NCBI GenBank assembly: GCA_031547425.1
Contig: JAVBRZ010000011.1
Coordinates: 1 to 47,096 of the forward strand
DNA length: 47,096 nucleotides
Source of the DNA: Desulfovibrionaceae bacterium
Lineage (GTDB): Bacteria > Desulfobacterota > Desulfovibrionia > Desulfovibrionales > Desulfovibrionaceae
Direction of reading: 5' to 3'
The notes beneath the pieces were generated by a model. That model did not search any database. It saw only the letters and a program-made list of their open reading frames with translations, and was not told where the DNA came from. A program made the translations under genes and the position numbers. The first letter of the stretch is position 1. The number at the start of each line of letters is the position of its first letter. Positions 43,204 to 47,096 of the stretch are shown here, in pieces.

Positions 43204-44055
43204 ATGCAAAGGGCCTCGGTTGCTTACATGCAAACCCAGATCACCACCACCAACCAGGGTGAGCTTCTGCTCATGCTTTATGCCGGAGCCATCAAGTTTC
43301 TCGCCCAGGCCAAGGAGGAAATCGAGAAGAAAAACTACGCCGAAAAGGGCATGCTCATTTCCAAAGCCATGGACATTATCGCCGAGCTCGACGGCTCTCT
43401 GAATATGGAAAAGGGCGGCGAACTGTCCAAAAACCTGCACCAGTTGTATATGTTTTGCAACTCGCACCTCTTGAAGGCCAGCATCAAAATGAACGCCAAG
43501 TTCGTGGATGACGTGATCAATATCCTGGAAGGCCTGCGTAGCGCTTATGCCCAAGTCATCAACACGCCCGAGGCTGTGGCCGCTGTAAATCAAGCCCCGG
43601 CCCAAAACCTGAGCGAAGCCATGCCCAAAACCGCCGGCAACCGCATGTTTGCCGACACCGCGCCACTGCAGGCGCCAAGCGGCCCCGCCGCCATGGGCAT
43701 CAGCGCCAGAGCGCAAAGCGCGGCTTATATGCAGCAGGCCCAGGCCGCACAAGCGCCGGAGCAAGCGGCTGAAACCGCGCCCCCGGCCGCGGATTCCGCA
43801 GCACAATCCCTTGCCCCGGAAATCGTTCCCTCACAGGCTACGCCGGTTGCAGCCGCTAAGCCCGAACCCCGGGCCGAGGCGCAAACCGCCGCCCAGGCTC
43901 TGAATGCCCTGGCCGCCCAAGCCGCGCCGGCGCAAAGCGTTCCCGCGCCGCAAAGCGCGCCCCAGCCCGCGGCCCCGGCCGCGCCCGCCGGTTTCGGCTT
44001 TGCCAGGCAAATGAACGGCAACGCCATGTACCGCAAAATGAGCAGCCAGCCCTGA
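43204..44055 (+). CDS. fliS: Flagellar export chaperone FliS with a long Ala/Pro/Gln-rich C-terminal extension
   Basis: The first ~125 aa (AYMQTQITTTNQGELLLMLYAGAIKFL..A...IE.KNY..K...ISKA.DII.EL..SLN.E.GGELS.NL..LY.F....L..A) form a canonical FliS four-helix bundle. The remaining ~155 aa are low complexity. Confidence 0.88.
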   Translation: MQRASVAYMQTQITTTNQGELLLMLYAGAIKFLAQAKEEIEKKNYAEKGMLISKAMDIIAELDGSLNMEKGGELSKNLHQLYMFCNSHLLKASIKMNAKFVDDVINILEGLRSAYAQVINTPEAVAAVNQAPAQNLSEAMPKTAGNRMFADTAPLQAPSGPAAMGISARAQSAAYMQQAQAAQAPEQAAETAPPAADSAAQSLAPEIVPSQATPVAAAKPEPRAEAQTAAQALNALAAQAAPAQSVPAPQSAPQPAAPAAPAGFGFARQMNGNAMYRKMSSQP

Positions 44056-44231
44056 GTTTGAATGAAATCTTTATGATTTTAGTCGCGGGCATGAACTACG
44101 CCGTCCGCCGGTTAGTTCATCGCCGCATATTCCAAACGCGTACTATTTGACAATGCCGGGGAATTTTCTACAAAGAAAGTCCACGGCATTATTTTTTGAT
44201 GCCGAAAATATGTTCCGCTGCAAGGACCGCC

Positions 44232-45434
44232 ATGCCGTTTCCCGCTTCTGCCCAATCCGCCGCTGAACTGCTGGCGGCCTACACCAGCGAGGTGCTGGCG
44301 TTCAATCTGTCCGGCGCGGACCCGCCCGCGCTTAAAGATTGTTCCGGCCGCGCCCGCGCGGACTTCATTTCCCGCGTAGCGCGGCTGGCCCAGGGCGGAG
44401 ATGCCGCCGCCGTGGTCCTCATGGGCGCGGGGCGCGGCGAAACAGCGGCCGACCTGCAAGCGGCCCTGCCTGAAAATGGCCTTTTACTTTGCGAACCAAC
44501 ACCGCAACGCCTGCGCGATGCCCAAAGCCGGGGTTTATTGTTAAATGCGCCGCCCTTGATTCTGGCCGACGCCTCGGTGCGGGCGCTCTGGTTTCTGGCT
44601 CGCGGCTGGCTGGCCGGGAAAAAATTCATCACCTGCATCAATCCGGAATTGCAAGGCGCGGAAGCGGAACAAGCCCATACCCTGCAACGCCTGCTGCGTT
44701 TCGATCCCCAACCCGGGCGCCTGCCTTCCGTCGGGCGGGACCTGGGCCTTTATGCCATCGCCCACCCTGACGAGCCGGACCTGAGCGACTTTCTCGCCCA
44801 CATTCCGGAATGGTTAACTGACGTGCTTATGGTCTGGGATGCCCCGGCCGTGCCGGACAAAGCCCGCGCCCTGAACGCCGCCTGCCGGGCGCCGTTGCGC
44901 CACGCGGCCCGGCCCCTGCAAAGTGATTTCGCGGCCCAGCGCAACTATGCTTTGTCCCTGTGCGTGGCGCCCTGGGCGCTCAGCCTGGATGTTGACGAGC
45001 GGCTGTCCCCGGAAGCCTGGGAGCTCATCAAAAATGAGCTCGCCGCCCCGCGCGCCGCCGCCTATCTTTTGCCCCGCCTGACGCTATACCCGGATGAACA
45101 GCACTTCCGCATGGGTTACGGCCTGTGGCCCGATCCCCAACTCAGGTTGTTCAGGCGCGACGCGCGGCTTAATTATCTCAAGCCCGTGCATGAAATCTTA
45201 ACCGGATTTTCCGGCTGCCCGGCCCTTTTGCCCCACTGCTCCATTATCCATTTAAGCTACGTGCTCAAAAACCGCGCCGCCCTGGCCGAGCGCCTGGCCG
45301 TGTTTAACCAGGCCGCCGGGCGCGACGTGCACCGCCTCAATGCAACCTTTCCCCACCTGCCCCTGACCTGGCATGCCGCCTGGCAAGAACACATCGTAAA
45401 TGTGGATTTTCTGCCGTTGTTATTGAAAATTTAG
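44232..45434 (+). CDS. Two-domain protein with a C-terminal family-2 glycosyltransferase-like domain
   Basis: The C-terminal half carries ..QRNYALSL....WALSLDVDERLSPE (DxD) ... W.PD.QLRLFRRDA...Y...VHE, as seen in GT2 enzymes. The N-terminal half has a VVLMGAGRGE Rossmann-like segment. ATG 44232, preceded by AAGGA, is preferred over the listed TTG 44196. Confidence 0.6.
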   Translation: MPFPASAQSAAELLAAYTSEVLAFNLSGADPPALKDCSGRARADFISRVARLAQGGDAAAVVLMGAGRGETAADLQAALPENGLLLCEPTPQRLRDAQSRGLLLNAPPLILADASVRALWFLARGWLAGKKFITCINPELQGAEAEQAHTLQRLLRFDPQPGRLPSVGRDLGLYAIAHPDEPDLSDFLAHIPEWLTDVLMVWDAPAVPDKARALNAACRAPLRHAARPLQSDFAAQRNYALSLCVAPWALSLDVDERLSPEAWELIKNELAAPRAAAYLLPRLTLYPDEQHFRMGYGLWPDPQLRLFRRDARLNYLKPVHEILTGFSGCPALLPHCSIIHLSYVLKNRAALAERLAVFNQAAGRDVHRLNATFPHLPLTWHAAWQEHIVNVDFLPLLLKI

Positions 45435-45532
45435 CATATCTTTACAGCATTCCAGCTCTAAAGTCCCGCATAGCCGGCGCGGCTTGCCCCTTGCCCGCGC
45501 TTTAAAGCCCGCGCCAGCACAAGCTTGCTTGC

Positions 45533-46363
45533 TCAGGCCACATGCAGATAGCACACAAACGATTCCAGCCCGTGCATCCGGCAGTCGATGTAATTATTGA
45601 CATATTCCTCAAAAGTTTTTTGCTTGCCGAACACTTCATAGCGCGTGTCCGGCCCGGCGAAACCCAGGCCGTGGAAAGCCGCCACCTGAGGATGGATGGG
45701 CTGGGCAAAGTCCGGATAGGGGTCTTCATCTCCGGCCGAAAATTCATCTCCCGAATCGGGCAAAGCGGGCAGGTCCAGCGCCGCCAGCGCCCCTTGGGCC
45801 ACATGCCTGACAAGACGCCCCCGGGGATGGTTGATGGTGCTGAACATCCGTTCCTGGCGAAAATGCCGTAAAATAAGATCCACATAATCCACCAGGCAGT
45901 CTTTTTCTTTATTCCGCTCAATGGCCACGGATTCTTCAAACATGGCCTTAAGGTCAAATTTGCGGTTCAGATCGCCGTGCAGGTACAGGTGTAAAATTTC
46001 TTTTTTGCCCAGCCCCATGCCAATGAGCTTGTCCAGGAAAAAATCGCCGAAATCCGAAGGACTGCGGCTGGTCCAGAACGGCCAATAGCCTTTGAACAAC
46101 ATGTTGGGCAGACGCAACACCTCGGCCCTGGGGTTGACCAGGCTTAAAAGGTGGCTTGAGGCATGTTCGCCCCATTTGCCGCCCAAATGCTGGTACATAA
46201 ACACATCGCAGGCGGCCAGGCGCGCCGGGTCAATTTTTTCCTGCCGGTAATTGGTATATTTTTCCACCGCGAACCGCTCGCGGAACGGCTCGTGCCCAAG
46301 CAGCAACCCCAACATGGGGTCAGCCTGGCAGTTGGCATGAATAATACATAATTCTTTGTTCAT
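45533..46363 (-). CDS. Hypothetical protein, possibly a WcbI-like polysaccharide-modification family member
   Basis: The 276-aa product starts MNKELCIIHANCQ, which from memory resembles the GNCQ start of WcbI-family proteins. It is acidic and non-membrane. The family assignment is weak. Confidence 0.45.
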   Translation of the reverse strand: MNKELCIIHANCQADPMLGLLLGHEPFRERFAVEKYTNYRQEKIDPARLAACDVFMYQHLGGKWGEHASSHLLSLVNPRAEVLRLPNMLFKGYWPFWTSRSPSDFGDFFLDKLIGMGLGKKEILHLYLHGDLNRKFDLKAMFEESVAIERNKEKDCLVDYVDLILRHFRQERMFSTINHPRGRLVRHVAQGALAALDLPALPDSGDEFSAGDEDPYPDFAQPIHPQVAAFHGLGFAGPDTRYEVFGKQKTFEEYVNNYIDCRMHGLESFVCYLHVA

Positions 46364-46675
46364 ATTTCCGTTCGGCTCTTTCCGCCAGCAAAGGCAGTAT
46401 TCCCAAGGGAAAAGCCCAGGTTCACCTTATATGGATTTATCACCATGCGGCCTGTTCCCGCCATTTCCGGCCGCGCGGACTCGCTTTACTTTTTTTCTTG
46501 TTTATGACAAACCAATTCAAACACACCGACGGACTGTGCCAGGACTATGCATAAGGATGCCCGCGCGCAACGCGCAAATCTTTCCTCTCGCGAAACTTCT
46601 GCAAAAACCACGCCTGTATTGTCCGCCAAAGCCATCATGCGACACAAGACTATGGATATCTGCCTGAAAATAGCT

Positions 46676-46710
46676 CCCTGCGCCGCTTTCCGGCGGCAGG
46701 GATTTTTTTT
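46676..46710 (+). terminator. Strong intrinsic terminator in the pyrB leader (candidate attenuator)
   Basis: ccctgcgccg-ctttc-cggcggcaggg is followed by A and then T8 (46703-46710). It lies 46 nt before the pyrB ATG, and no plus-strand gene lies upstream of it. Confidence 0.6.
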
Positions 46711-46755
46711 ATATAATGGCGACCGCCTTTCACCTAATCTTTAAGGAAGTACTGT

Positions 46756-47096
46756 ATGCACCAGGAAGAAAACAAATTCCGTTGGCCTCACAAGGACCTT
46801 CTGGATGTGGACCAGCTTACCAAGCCCGAGGTCATGCACCTCTTGGACACAGCCGAACAGTTCCACGAGATCAACTCCCGGCCGGTGAAAAAAGTGCCCA
46901 CGCTTAAAGGCAAAAGCGTGATCATGTTTTTCTCCGAGCCCAGCACCCGGACCAAAATGTCCTTTGATATGGCGGGCAAGCGCCTGTCCGCGGACACTTT
47001 TGCTTTAGGCAAAAGTGGCTCCAGCCTGCAAAAGGGCGAAAGCCTCAAAGACACGGCCTTAACCCTGCAGGCCATGAACCCGGACATCATCGTCAT
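46756..47096 (+). CDS. pyrB: Aspartate carbamoyltransferase catalytic subunit, 3'-truncated by the window edge
   Basis: My own translation from ATG 46756 gives [40 protein letters not shown]...[31 protein letters not shown]. This contains the S-T-R-T-R/K carbamoyl-phosphate motif. An AAGGAAG RBS precedes the start. The ORF is open to the window end, so it is absent from the ORF track. Confidence 0.92.
   Translation, partial: MHQEENKFRWPHKDLLDVDQLTKPEVMHLLDTAEQFHEINSRPVKKVPTLKGKSVIMFFSEPSTRTKMSFDMAGKRLSADTFALGKSGSSLQKGESLKDTALTLQAMNPDIIV

Noticed and set aside
1-47096. CRISPR arrays, rRNA genes, transposases/integrases, prophage genes and known defence-system signatures
   Set aside because: No regularly spaced short repeats, no rRNA-like sequence, and no ORF with recombinase, transposase, nuclease-NTPase or reverse-transcriptase motifs were seen on either strand.

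Overview
This is a high-GC chromosomal segment that looks Desulfovibrio-like (Desulfovibrionaceae), judged from protein signatures and gene order. All calls rest on reading the supplied translations and the DNA; no database search was run. The window is mostly housekeeping genes. Left to right these are trmD (truncated, with an extra SPOUT domain)-rplS-rnhB-yraN-rsmI, an EamA transporter, greA and a membrane metallophosphoesterase. Next come a divergent GH13/TreY-like lipoprotein, a MATE pump, a large polytopic GT-C-like membrane protein, and fxsA translationally coupled to a rhomboid protease. A long minus-strand block follows: lpxC, prmC, prfA, a DUF1385 protein and rpmE. Then comes plus-strand tlyA, followed by more minus-strand genes: aroE, hisG, hisI, thiL and a UvrD/PcrA-type helicase. 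After tRNA-Leu(UAA) there is a small accessory stretch: a membrane-anchored ankyrin-repeat protein, a flavodoxin-like reductase, a DUF308/His-Cys-domain membrane protein and an MFS transporter. It is closed by tRNA-Asp and tRNA-Val. The right end holds a TIM-barrel isomerase-like gene, pgpA, maf, a FlgM-associated gene plus flgM, cysE, dut, fliD-fliS, two putative glycan-modification genes and the 5' end of pyrB. No rRNA, CRISPR array, transposase, integrase or recognisable defence system was seen. The most noteworthy observations are listed here. (1) The helicase is interrupted by a single in-frame TAG. (2) Two families of MITE-like inverted-repeat elements are present: 194-bp copies at 8781 and 13143, a degenerate copy near 31108, and a 176-bp element at 34434, plus dispersed degenerate modules and long perfect hairpins in operon spacers. 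(3) A lower-GC ankyrin-repeat gene sits next to tRNA-Leu. (4) The C-terminal tail of the GT-C-like membrane protein carries four N-A-T sequons. (5) FliS carries a ~150-aa Ala/Pro/Gln-rich tail and sits beside candidate flagellar glycosylation genes. (6) An intrinsic terminator plus a leader ORF lies just upstream of pyrB, and matching sigma-28-type promoters precede flgM and fliD. I did not find a clear multi-gene novel system, and the functional interpretations are hypotheses.
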